64,000 nucleotides of DNA from Pseudomonadota bacterium. Its GTDB lineage: Bacteria > Bdellovibrionota_B > Oligoflexia > Oligoflexales > CAIYRB01. The stretch is taken from contig JANOTL010000065.1 in assembly GCA_031416315.1 (NCBI GenBank), positions 24,157 through 88,156 on the forward strand. The letters are read 5' to 3'. Both the position numbers and the translations under genes were made by a program. Positions 18,713 through 27,166 of the stretch are shown here, piece after piece (position 1 is the first letter of the stretch; the number at the start of each line of letters is the position of its first letter). The notes under the pieces were generated by a model. It was given only the letters and a program-made list of their open reading frames with translations. It had not been told where the DNA came from and did not search any database.

Positions 18713-18805
18713 GACGCGTTCCTTGAAGGCGAGAAGGGGGAGGCGCGACAGGGGATTTCTGTCATAATGCCAGCCTCGACCACCCCGGCAAAGAGGATAT
18801 TGCTC

Positions 18806-19441
18806 ATGATGAAGCCGCGACTTCTCGCCGTCAGTGGCGGCTCGGGCTCGGGCAAGACGACCCTCGTCAGCCGTCTGCGCCAAGCTCTCGGCCAGGCGCT
18901 CGACGCCGAGGTCCAGGTGCTGCACCTAGATCACTACTATCTGGATCTCTCGCATCTGAGCCAGGCGGAGCGGGATCAGCGCAACTTCGACCATCCCGAT
19001 GCCTTCGACAGGACGCTGCTCCGCGAGCATCTCGGCACCTTGCTGGCAGGGAAGGGGATCGACCGTCCGACCTACGACTTCGCCTCCCACACGCGGACGG
19101 GCGCGACCGTCCGCCTGGAGCCTGCGAAGGTGTTCCTGCTCGACGGCATCCTGATGCTGCACGATCCAGGCCTGCGGGCGCTATACGACCTCTCGGTCTA
19201 TGTCGAGGTCGACGACGACGTGCGCATCATCAGGCGCCTGCGGCGCGACATCGTCGAGCGCGGGCGGACGATGGATAGCGTCATCGCGCAGTATCTGCAG
19301 ACGGTGAAGCCGATGCACGACGCGTACGTCGCGCCGCAGAAATTCGTGGCGGACATCATCGTGAGCTGGATGGATTACAATGACCGGGCAGTCGCGATGT
19401 TGGCGGGGACGGTCGCGAGTTGGTTGAAGGGCATTCCTTGA
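18806..19441 (+). CDS. udk: Uridine kinase
   Basis: GGSGSGKTT, LDHYY, NFDHPDAFD, RRLRRDIVERGR, VKPMH. Confidence 0.93.
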   Translation: MMKPRLLAVSGGSGSGKTTLVSRLRQALGQALDAEVQVLHLDHYYLDLSHLSQAERDQRNFDHPDAFDRTLLREHLGTLLAGKGIDRPTYDFASHTRTGATVRLEPAKVFLLDGILMLHDPGLRALYDLSVYVEVDDDVRIIRRLRRDIVERGRTMDSVIAQYLQTVKPMHDAYVAPQKFVADIIVSWMDYNDRAVAMLAGTVASWLKGIP

Positions 19442-19578
19442 AGTTCCGCGCATCGCGCCGGTCGTGCCTGCGGCCGCACCGCCATCAAAGACCTGGCCAC
19501 GCCTCGCCATTATTGCGTGGCGAAATCGGCGGACACCAGGAATAATACGCAGGAAATTCTCGTTTTCGGAGCCCACCG

Positions 19579-22500
19579 ATGCGCCACTCGTCTCTCACCA
19601 GGCTCGTCTTCGCGCTCGTCGCCGCCGCCATCCTCGGCTACGGCGGATTGCACGCGTACCGGAAATACGGCCGCGCCGCCCAGCCGACGACGACCCAGAA
19701 GCCGCCGTTGCCGCGCACCGACCCGCAGCTCGCGCCTGTGAATCAGCCGGCCGGCGCGGCCGTTCCCGCCTTGGATCCGACGCTCACGGCGGCATGGACG
19801 ATGGAGGATCTCGGCGCCACCATTCAGCCGCTCGGCGAGGACGGCACCTTGCCGACGGCCATCCGCGTCGCCTTCGCGAAGCCGCTCGCGCCAGGCTCCA
19901 CGCAGCCGGTTCCCGCCGGCACCAAGATCACGCTGGACCCGGAGACGGAAGGACAGCTTACGTGGGGCACGACGCCCGCCGAGCTCGTCTTCACCCCCGC
20001 CGCGCCCCTCAAGTACGGCGTAAGCTACAAGGTCACGCTCGACGCCGTCGAGATCGACGGCCGTGCCGTCCTTCCGGCGGCCGCGGGGCAGGTGTCGCGC
20101 GTTTTCCAGACACCGGCGTTCGAGCTGAAGCGCGTGAGCCTCGCCCGCGTCAACGACAAAGCCGGCCTCACCGAGTTCGACGTCGTCTTCACTGGCCCCG
20201 TCGAGGCCTCGCGGCTGAAGGCCTTTGCCAGCTGGACGATCTCCGGCGGCACGGCCGGCACCCCGGAATATCGCACCGGGAAGGCGGCGAACGAGGTGAT
20301 CTCCGCCCTGCCCACCGGCAATCTTACCGGCGAGCAAACGCTGCAATTCAGTTTGAAAAGCGGCATGCCGGCCCTCGCAGACGGCGGCGGCACCGCGCCC
20401 GCCAAAGTGCAAAAGGTCCCGCTTTTCGCCGGCAAGGATGTAACGGTGAAGGCCGTGCGGCTAAAGGAGGGCGTCAACGGCTTCTACATCCACGTGATCT
20501 GCAACGACGGCAGCCGCTGGAGCGGAGCCGACGAGGTCTACCAGAACCGGATCTACTATTACGACAACGACACACATGACGGCATGTACGTCTCCGATCG
20601 CTGCGCATTCGACGAAGCGACGGCGCGCAGCAAGATCCGCATCAAGCCGGCGGCGAAATGGTCGCTCGTGCCCGCTCGCGGTGGCTTCCGCATCCTGGGC
20701 GACTTCGTCGCCGGCGATCTCTCGCTGGAGATCGACGCGGGTCTGCCGTCCGTCGACGGTGGTGTCCTCAAGACCCCGGTCGTCGAGACCTTCGCGGTGC
20801 CGCGCCGCAAACCGAGCGTCGCCTTCGTCGCCCGCGGCCGCTACCTTCCGCGCGACACTTGGAAGAGCCTAGGAATCAAGCATCTCAACGTCGACCGCGC
20901 CGAGCTCGAGGTGCGCGTCGTGCCGCCGGAGAACCTGATCTTCTGGATGAGCGCTGACGCCGAGACCGCCGACCTGCGCAACTCCAACCTCGTGGTCAAA
21001 AAGGACCTGAAGCTCGGCGGCAAGCCCGACGAGGCGAAGAATACCTGGATCGACCTCGCCGCGATCCTCGGCTCGCCGCCCCGCGGCGTGATCGAGCTGT
21101 CGATCACCGAGAAGCCGACGGGCAAGTCGGTCGACAAGAAGCGCCTCGTCATCACCGACATCAATCTCGTGGCGAAGCGCGGCCGCGGCGGCCAGACCGT
21201 GCACGTATGGGCCCTGAACATGAAGGACGGTTCGCCGCTCGCCGGCGTCAACGTCCGGCAGATCGTGCGCTCCGGCCGCGCCATCTCCGAATGCGTCACC
21301 TCCAGCTCGGGCGCCTGCATGCTCGGCTGGGACAAGCAGAAGGAGCTCGACGCGGGCGCGGTGCCTTTCGCCCTCGTCGCCTCAAAAGACTCGGATCTCA
21401 CCTATCTGCGCTACGAGGATCTCAAGACGGAGATCTCCGAGCAGATCGTGCAAGGCCGTCCGTTCTCCGGCGGCGCCACGCCTTACCGTGCCGCCGTCTG
21501 GAGCGATCGCGGTGCCTACCGTCCCGGAGAGACGGCGCACGTCACCGGCGTCGTCCGCGGCCAGGACGACCTCGCGCCGCCGTTCAAAGATTCCGGCATG
21601 CCGGTCGAGCTGCGCCTCTTCGACCCGCGCGAGAAGCTCGTGCGCAAGCTCAACCTCGAGGCGAACGCCGTCGGCATCGTCAGCGCCGACCTGGCGTTTG
21701 CGAGCTTCGCCAACACGGGTCGCTACCGCGTCACGCTCCACGCGGGGAATGCCGAGATCGGTACGTATTCCTTCAACGTCGAGGAGTTCGTGCCGGAGCG
21801 CTTGAAAGTCGAGGCCGTGGCCACGGCGCCGAGCCTCCTCGGCGCCGAGGCCGGCACCTTCGACGTCACCGCGCGCTACCTTTTCGGCGGCAGCGCCGAA
21901 GGCAGCCGCGTCGAGCTGCGCTGCGAGCTTTGGCCAGGCGCCTTCACGCCGCCGGAGAACGCCAACTTCGCGTATGGCGTCTGGTATCCAGATCGCGACT
22001 CGCCGAAGGGCCTGCCCCTCGGCAACGTCTCCGGCAAGCTCGACGAGAACGGCAAGACGCAGCTCTCCTGCCCGACGCAGGCGGAGGGCGGCATGCTTGC
22101 CGGCCCCGCGCGACTCATGGCCCGCGCCATCGTCTTCGAAGGCGAGAGTGGCCGCAGCACGCAGAGCGAGGCGCAGATCGCCGTGCATCCCGAGCGCTTC
22201 TACATCGGCCTCTCCTCGGGCCAAGAGAAGCTCAGTCGCGGCGACACCCTGAATTTTCAGGGCGTCCTCGTCGACTGGGACGGCAAGCTCATCTTGACCG
22301 ATGAGGCCATCGAGGTCGAGCTCGTCCGCCTGGAGACGGAGTACGACTGGAGCTGGGACGAAGGCGGCGGCGACTCGAATTACAAGCGCTTCCAGCGCCA
22401 GGCGTCCGAGGGCAAGAGCACGGTTGCGGTGAAGGGCGGAAAGTTCGAGGGCCAATTCAAGATCGCGCAGGGCGGCTCCGGCTTTCTAGTGCGCGCCCGC

Positions 22501-25338
22501 GCGAAGAACGCGCGCACGGATCTCAGCCTCAAAGGTGACGACAACGACTACTACTGGTACCCGAGCGAATCCGGCCGCGACCAGACGCCGCGGCCGTTCA
22601 AGCCCGGCTGGATCGAGGTCAAAGCGCCCGAGCGCGTGCAGACCGGCGAGAAGATCAAGGTAAGCTTCGTCGCGCCCTATAAGGGTCGGGTCTTGATGAC
22701 GGCGGAGACCGACGAGATCGTCGCCAGCGAATGGCGCGACGTCGCCGCCGGCAACGTCGAGTGGACCTTCCCGCTCGACCGGTTCGTGCCGAACGTTTAC
22801 GTCAGCGTTTTCCTCGTCAAGGATCCGCACCTCGAGTCGAGCCAGAGCTTCATGCCCGACCGCTCATTTGGCGTGAGAAACGTCGCGGTCGACCCGGTGA
22901 ATTTCCGTCACGAGCTGAAGCTCACGGCGCCCGCCGAAATCGAGCCGAACTCGACTTTGACGGTCGACCTCGATCTGGGCGCGAAAGTCGAGGGCGACGC
23001 CTACGTCGCGGTCGCCGCGGTCGACGAGGGCGTCCTCTCGCTTACGCGCTTCAAGACGCCGGATCCGCTGCGGGCGATTTTCCAGGCGCGAGCCTTGGGC
23101 CTAGAAACTTACGAGACGATCGGCTGGAATGTCATGCTCCCCGGCGCGGGCCCCGCGAGCCACACGGGCGGCGACGGCGCCGGGGGCGACAAGCCGATCA
23201 CGTTGGTGAAACCCGTCGCCCTTTGGTCCGGCCTCGTGAAGGTCGAGAAAGGCGGGAAGGCGAAGGTCACCTTCGAGGTCCCGCAATATCGCGGCGAGCT
23301 GCGCGTGATGGCGGTGAGCATCGACAAGCAGCGCCTCGGCTCCGCGAGCGCGCAGGTTCAGGTCAAAGATCCCCTGGTCCTGCAGACGACCTTGCCGCGC
23401 TTCCTCACCGAAGGCGACAGCTTCAACATCCCGGTCTCGATCAGCAACCAGTCGGGCGCCGAGCAAAAGGTGAAGGTCGAGGTCCAAACTGCCGCGATCC
23501 CGCTCGGGGGCGATCCGGAGTCCGACTACGGCGAAGCGGTCGCCATTGAGGGCTCCAAGGTCGTGGAAATCCCGCTCGCCGTGGGGCAAACGCAGACCGT
23601 GGTCTTCCGCGCCCGCACGGTCTCTCGCGTCGGCGGTGCCAAAGTCACCATCAAGGCCAGCGCCGGCGCGCTCGCCTCGCACGAGGAACTCGAGGTGCCG
23701 ATCCTTTCGGCGGCGCCGAAATCTCGCATCGTCAAGCGCGTCGAGCTCGCAGGCGGCGAGTTCGACGTCCTGCCGCATCTCGCCGGCTGGGTGCCCACCA
23801 CCGAGTCGACGAGCCTCTGGGTCACCGCGAATCCTTACGCCGACGCCTTCGGCCATTTGAAGCACCTGATCCAGTATCCCTACGGCTGCATCGAGCAGAC
23901 GACTTCGACCATGCGCCCGCTCCTCGCATTGAAGGATCTCCTGCAGCAGGCCGACCCGGAGATGGGCGCGCCGCTGATCGAGGACATGGTGAAGAAGGGC
24001 ATCGAGCGCATGCTCTCGATGCAGACGCCGAGCGGCGGCTTCGGCTATTGGCCTGGATCCGACAACGCCATTCCTTGGGCGACGGCCTACGCGACGCACA
24101 TCCTCCTCGACGCCCAGAAGTTGAATTACCCGGTCCCGAAGGAGCGGATCGACGAAGCCCTCAGCTACCTGACCAACACGCTGCTCAACACGTACAGATA
24201 CATGGGCGACGCGACCGAAGGCGAAAGCGACCCGCACGATCTGCGCGGGTCGGCGCCGTACATGCACTACGTCCTCGCGTCTTCGGGCAAAGGCTTGAAG
24301 GCGGACATGCAGAAGCTCCTCGACGATCTTCTCACGCGGAAGAAAGCGTCTGAGGAAGGCGCCGAGCAGCTCTACCTCCTGAAAGCGGGGCTTTGGCTCG
24401 CCGGCGACCGCCGCTTCGAGGGCGACCTGAAAAAGCCGGACTTGACGCCGATCACGCCTTATCGCCGCAACGGCTGGACCTTCTACTCCGACTTGCGCCG
24501 CCGCGGTCTCTTGCTTTCCGTGATGACCGATCTTTTCGGCGCCGACCCGGCCGCCGAGCCCTTGGCCACGCTCGTCGCCGAGCGGCTGCGCGCCCAAAAA
24601 AGCTCTTGGTACACGACCCAGGAGATCGTCTGGGCCGTGACGGGCTTGGGCAAATTCGTCCAAGGCGGCGCCAAAGCTTTCGACGCGACCTTGAAAGTCG
24701 ACGGCAAGGAAGAAGGCGCGCCCACCTTGGCCCAAGGGGGCGACAAGAGCTGGCGCCTGCGCCGAGCCAGCGAAAAGAACAAGCTCAGCGTCGTGGTCGA
24801 CAAGAAGGACGAGGGCAAGGTCTACCTGATGCTCTCGAGCGAGGGCGTCCGCGCCGTCCCCGACTACCGGACGGGCGGCGAAGGCCTGAAGATCTCCCGC
24901 GCTTACCGCAAGCAGGACGGCTCGCCTCTAGACCCCGAAGCCGAGGTCGCGCTTGGCGAGGTGATCTTCACCGAGCTGTCGATCACGAACGCCACTGGCG
25001 ACGCGATCGAGAACATCGCTCTGGTCGACCGCTTCCCTGCCGCCTGGGAGATCGAGAATCCCCGATTGGGGCGCGGCACCGCTGCCGCCTTCGTCGACCA
25101 GGCGAGCCTCTGGGAGCTCGCCTACATGAACATCCGCGACGACCGCATGGAGCTCTTCGGCGCGCTCAGCGGCCACGAGACCCGCAAGGTCTACTACGCC
25201 TCGCGCGCCGTCGTCAGCGGCCGCTTCGCCATCCCGCCGGTGGAGGCGGAGGCGATGTACGACCCGCGGATTTGGGCGCGGGAGAATGGCGGGAAGACGA
25301 ATGTGAAGGGGCCTTGGAAGGAGTTTGCGGGGCAGTAG
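19579..25338 (+). CDS. Bacterial alpha-2-macroglobulin family protein (1919 aa)
   Basis: N-terminal TM, DRGAYRPGE, VEEFVPER, AVDEG, thioester YPYGCIEQ, C-terminal DDR...P..AEAMYDP. Confidence 0.95.
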   Translation: MRHSSLTRLVFALVAAAILGYGGLHAYRKYGRAAQPTTTQKPPLPRTDPQLAPVNQPAGAAVPALDPTLTAAWTMEDLGATIQPLGEDGTLPTAIRVAFAKPLAPGSTQPVPAGTKITLDPETEGQLTWGTTPAELVFTPAAPLKYGVSYKVTLDAVEIDGRAVLPAAAGQVSRVFQTPAFELKRVSLARVNDKAGLTEFDVVFTGPVEASRLKAFASWTISGGTAGTPEYRTGKAANEVISALPTGNLTGEQTLQFSLKSGMPALADGGGTAPAKVQKVPLFAGKDVTVKAVRLKEGVNGFYIHVICNDGSRWSGADEVYQNRIYYYDNDTHDGMYVSDRCAFDEATARSKIRIKPAAKWSLVPARGGFRILGDFVAGDLSLEIDAGLPSVDGGVLKTPVVETFAVPRRKPSVAFVARGRYLPRDTWKSLGIKHLNVDRAELEVRVVPPENLIFWMSADAETADLRNSNLVVKKDLKLGGKPDEAKNTWIDLAAILGSPPRGVIELSITEKPTGKSVDKKRLVITDINLVAKRGRGGQTVHVWALNMKDGSPLAGVNVRQIVRSGRAISECVTSSSGACMLGWDKQKELDAGAVPFALVASKDSDLTYLRYEDLKTEISEQIVQGRPFSGGATPYRAAVWSDRGAYRPGETAHVTGVVRGQDDLAPPFKDSGMPVELRLFDPREKLVRKLNLEANAVGIVSADLAFASFANTGRYRVTLHAGNAEIGTYSFNVEEFVPERLKVEAVATAPSLLGAEAGTFDVTARYLFGGSAEGSRVELRCELWPGAFTPPENANFAYGVWYPDRDSPKGLPLGNVSGKLDENGKTQLSCPTQAEGGMLAGPARLMARAIVFEGESGRSTQSEAQIAVHPERFYIGLSSGQEKLSRGDTLNFQGVLVDWDGKLILTDEAIEVELVRLETEYDWSWDEGGGDSNYKRFQRQASEGKSTVAVKGGKFEGQFKIAQGGSGFLVRARAKNARTDLSLKGDDNDYYWYPSESGRDQTPRPFKPGWIEVKAPERVQTGEKIKVSFVAPYKGRVLMTAETDEIVASEWRDVAAGNVEWTFPLDRFVPNVYVSVFLVKDPHLESSQSFMPDRSFGVRNVAVDPVNFRHELKLTAPAEIEPNSTLTVDLDLGAKVEGDAYVAVAAVDEGVLSLTRFKTPDPLRAIFQARALGLETYETIGWNVMLPGAGPASHTGGDGAGGDKPITLVKPVALWSGLVKVEKGGKAKVTFEVPQYRGELRVMAVSIDKQRLGSASAQVQVKDPLVLQTTLPRFLTEGDSFNIPVSISNQSGAEQKVKVEVQTAAIPLGGDPESDYGEAVAIEGSKVVEIPLAVGQTQTVVFRARTVSRVGGAKVTIKASAGALASHEELEVPILSAAPKSRIVKRVELAGGEFDVLPHLAGWVPTTESTSLWVTANPYADAFGHLKHLIQYPYGCIEQTTSTMRPLLALKDLLQQADPEMGAPLIEDMVKKGIERMLSMQTPSGGFGYWPGSDNAIPWATAYATHILLDAQKLNYPVPKERIDEALSYLTNTLLNTYRYMGDATEGESDPHDLRGSAPYMHYVLASSGKGLKADMQKLLDDLLTRKKASEEGAEQLYLLKAGLWLAGDRRFEGDLKKPDLTPITPYRRNGWTFYSDLRRRGLLLSVMTDLFGADPAAEPLATLVAERLRAQKSSWYTTQEIVWAVTGLGKFVQGGAKAFDATLKVDGKEEGAPTLAQGGDKSWRLRRASEKNKLSVVVDKKDEGKVYLMLSSEGVRAVPDYRTGGEGLKISRAYRKQDGSPLDPEAEVALGEVIFTELSITNATGDAIENIALVDRFPAAWEIENPRLGRGTAAAFVDQASLWELAYMNIRDDRMELFGALSGHETRKVYYASRAVVSGRFAIPPVEAEAMYDPRIWARENGGKTNVKGPWKEFAGQ

Positions 25339-25345
25339 TCATGAT

Positions 25346-26035
25346 TTAAAAGCTGAACCCGGTCAAAAAGAAGTAACTGAACTTCAACTGCCTGCCGCGG
25401 ACATCGTCGTAAGCCGCCAGGGTCTTCGCTCTTTGCTCCGGGTCGACGTCGCCGCGCGAGCCGTCGTTGTAGAAGGTGCGGCGGCTGTACACCTGCCTTT
25501 CGCCGGAGAGGCCGAAGACGGATGTGAAAATCTGCTTGTCGCGCTCGGTGATGACCGAGGTGCCGATGGTGCCCCCGGCCGTGGCGAAGCGATCGGCCCA
25601 TTCGACGGTCGTCGTCTCGGGCTCGGCCAACGCGAAATTGACCGTGTGCTCCGCGTAGCCGGCGCGCGCTTCGCCGTACCGTGACGTCACTCCCCAAAAG
25701 AAGAAGGAATTTTTCGAGGGAAAGTGGAGGATCGAAGCCCGCCCGGAGTACTCGCGCGTACCGACCTTGCGTAGCTCGAACACGTTCTCGTTGCCGGAGA
25801 CGCTGAAGGCGCCTTCGCCGCGGCCCCCGCTGACGACGGTCTCGCTTCCTTTGGTCGGGACGTCGACGTTCGCCACCAAGCCTACCGCTCGCCCCGGATG
25901 GTAAAGCGCGCCCGGGACCCCGAGCGTCAGAGGAAACCGCTCCCGCGCGAGGCCCGGATCTTTGACGAAGGTCGCGCAGCCGGTCTGGAGCAGGAAGAAG
26001 AGCGCGACGAGAAGACGCAGCGGGCGCATCGGCAA
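25346..26035 (-). CDS. Lipoprotein/outer-membrane beta-barrel hypothetical protein
   Basis: LLQTG-C lipobox; C-terminal YFFLTGFSF; upstream extended -10 TGATAAAAT and GGAG. Confidence 0.6.
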   Translation of the reverse strand: MPMRPLRLLVALFFLLQTGCATFVKDPGLARERFPLTLGVPGALYHPGRAVGLVANVDVPTKGSETVVSGGRGEGAFSVSGNENVFELRKVGTREYSGRASILHFPSKNSFFFWGVTSRYGEARAGYAEHTVNFALAEPETTTVEWADRFATAGGTIGTSVITERDKQIFTSVFGLSGERQVYSRRTFYNDGSRGDVDPEQRAKTLAAYDDVRGRQLKFSYFFLTGFSF

Positions 26036-26214
26036 ATCTCCAAGGAAGGGAATCTGCTCATTTTATCACGCCGTCGCCTCGGCTTAGCCTCGGCTTCATT
26101 TTGGGCGCGTTCAAAAATCTGTTGTTTGCTGAACGAAATGGCCGAAATATACCCTTCGAGCCGTCTGGAAGTACCAAGCGGGTAGACCGAGCACCACTCG
26201 CAAACGAGGTCCCC

Positions 26215-27090
26215 GTGCGACTTGCACCGTCTCTGTCAATGCTCCTCCTGATGATCCTGGTGGTCTCTCCGCACGCGACCGCGGCGACAGAATGTGCCTA
26301 CGAGGTCCGCGACCAGCGGCTTTTCACCATCGCCGAGGGCACGCCCGTTTTAGCGAGTCTCCGTTTCACCGAAAATACGGTTTGGGCCTGCAACGGAGAG
26401 CACGTCGCGATCTGGCGGCCTGCAACGATCTTGCCGCTGCCCGGAACGGGCGAGATCCTGTTCGCGCGCGGCGACGAGCGGCTGAAGACGCTGACGACCG
26501 ATGCGCTGGCGCCGAATCCGGTCGGCGATCGAGTTGCGATCGAAGTGAGGGAGAGCGGTTTCCAAGTCCGGTACTATTTCGATTTCTCGACGGTCCAGCG
26601 CGAGATCGCCGAGGAAGACCGCGCGCTCGACGGGACACTGCTCTCGGCGACAATTCACCTGCGAAGGCCCGCAGGCTGCGAGGGGGCCTACTACACCGGT
26701 ACGTTGCGACCTGCATACTACGCGGCGCGCACGGGACTGACGCACTCGTACCTCTCCGAAGCACGCCTTCAGGAACTGCGCGCCACGCTCGGCAACGACC
26801 TGCTCAACATCTCGTACGCAGCGCGGAAAAACCTCTGCACCGCCGGCAATCTTGTGTCTCTCGGCACGACGACCGTGAGCAACGGATCCGTCGAGGTCGA
26901 AATGCCGATGTTGACCTTCGCGAACGCGGACGGGGTGATCGCGCAGCACGAGCTGGAAGGCCTGCACAACATTTATGCTGCGGCAGACGGCCGCGTTTTT
27001 GCCTATTACGACGCCCGATCGGCTATTGCCATCTACGACGACGCGGGCCGCTATCTCGAGACGATAGATCCCGTGACAATGGGAAGATGA
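26215..27090 (+). CDS. Secreted hypothetical protein
   Basis: GAGG before GTG 26215; signal peptide ending ATA; several Cys; no family recognised. Confidence 0.6.
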   Translation: MRLAPSLSMLLLMILVVSPHATAATECAYEVRDQRLFTIAEGTPVLASLRFTENTVWACNGEHVAIWRPATILPLPGTGEILFARGDERLKTLTTDALAPNPVGDRVAIEVRESGFQVRYYFDFSTVQREIAEEDRALDGTLLSATIHLRRPAGCEGAYYTGTLRPAYYAARTGLTHSYLSEARLQELRATLGNDLLNISYAARKNLCTAGNLVSLGTTTVSNGSVEVEMPMLTFANADGVIAQHELEGLHNIYAAADGRVFAYYDARSAIAIYDDAGRYLETIDPVTMGR

Positions 27091-27166
27091 GGGCTCTGAC
27101 ATGGTCGAGAGAATCCCGAGAGTGGCGAGCATGGGGCTTGGCACCAAGCCCTAGCGACCGACCCTT

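Noticed and set aside
17237..19441. Apparent overlap of extended mmsA and udk ORFs
   Set aside because: Family similarity starts at 18712 and 18806, leaving a 93-bp divergent spacer.
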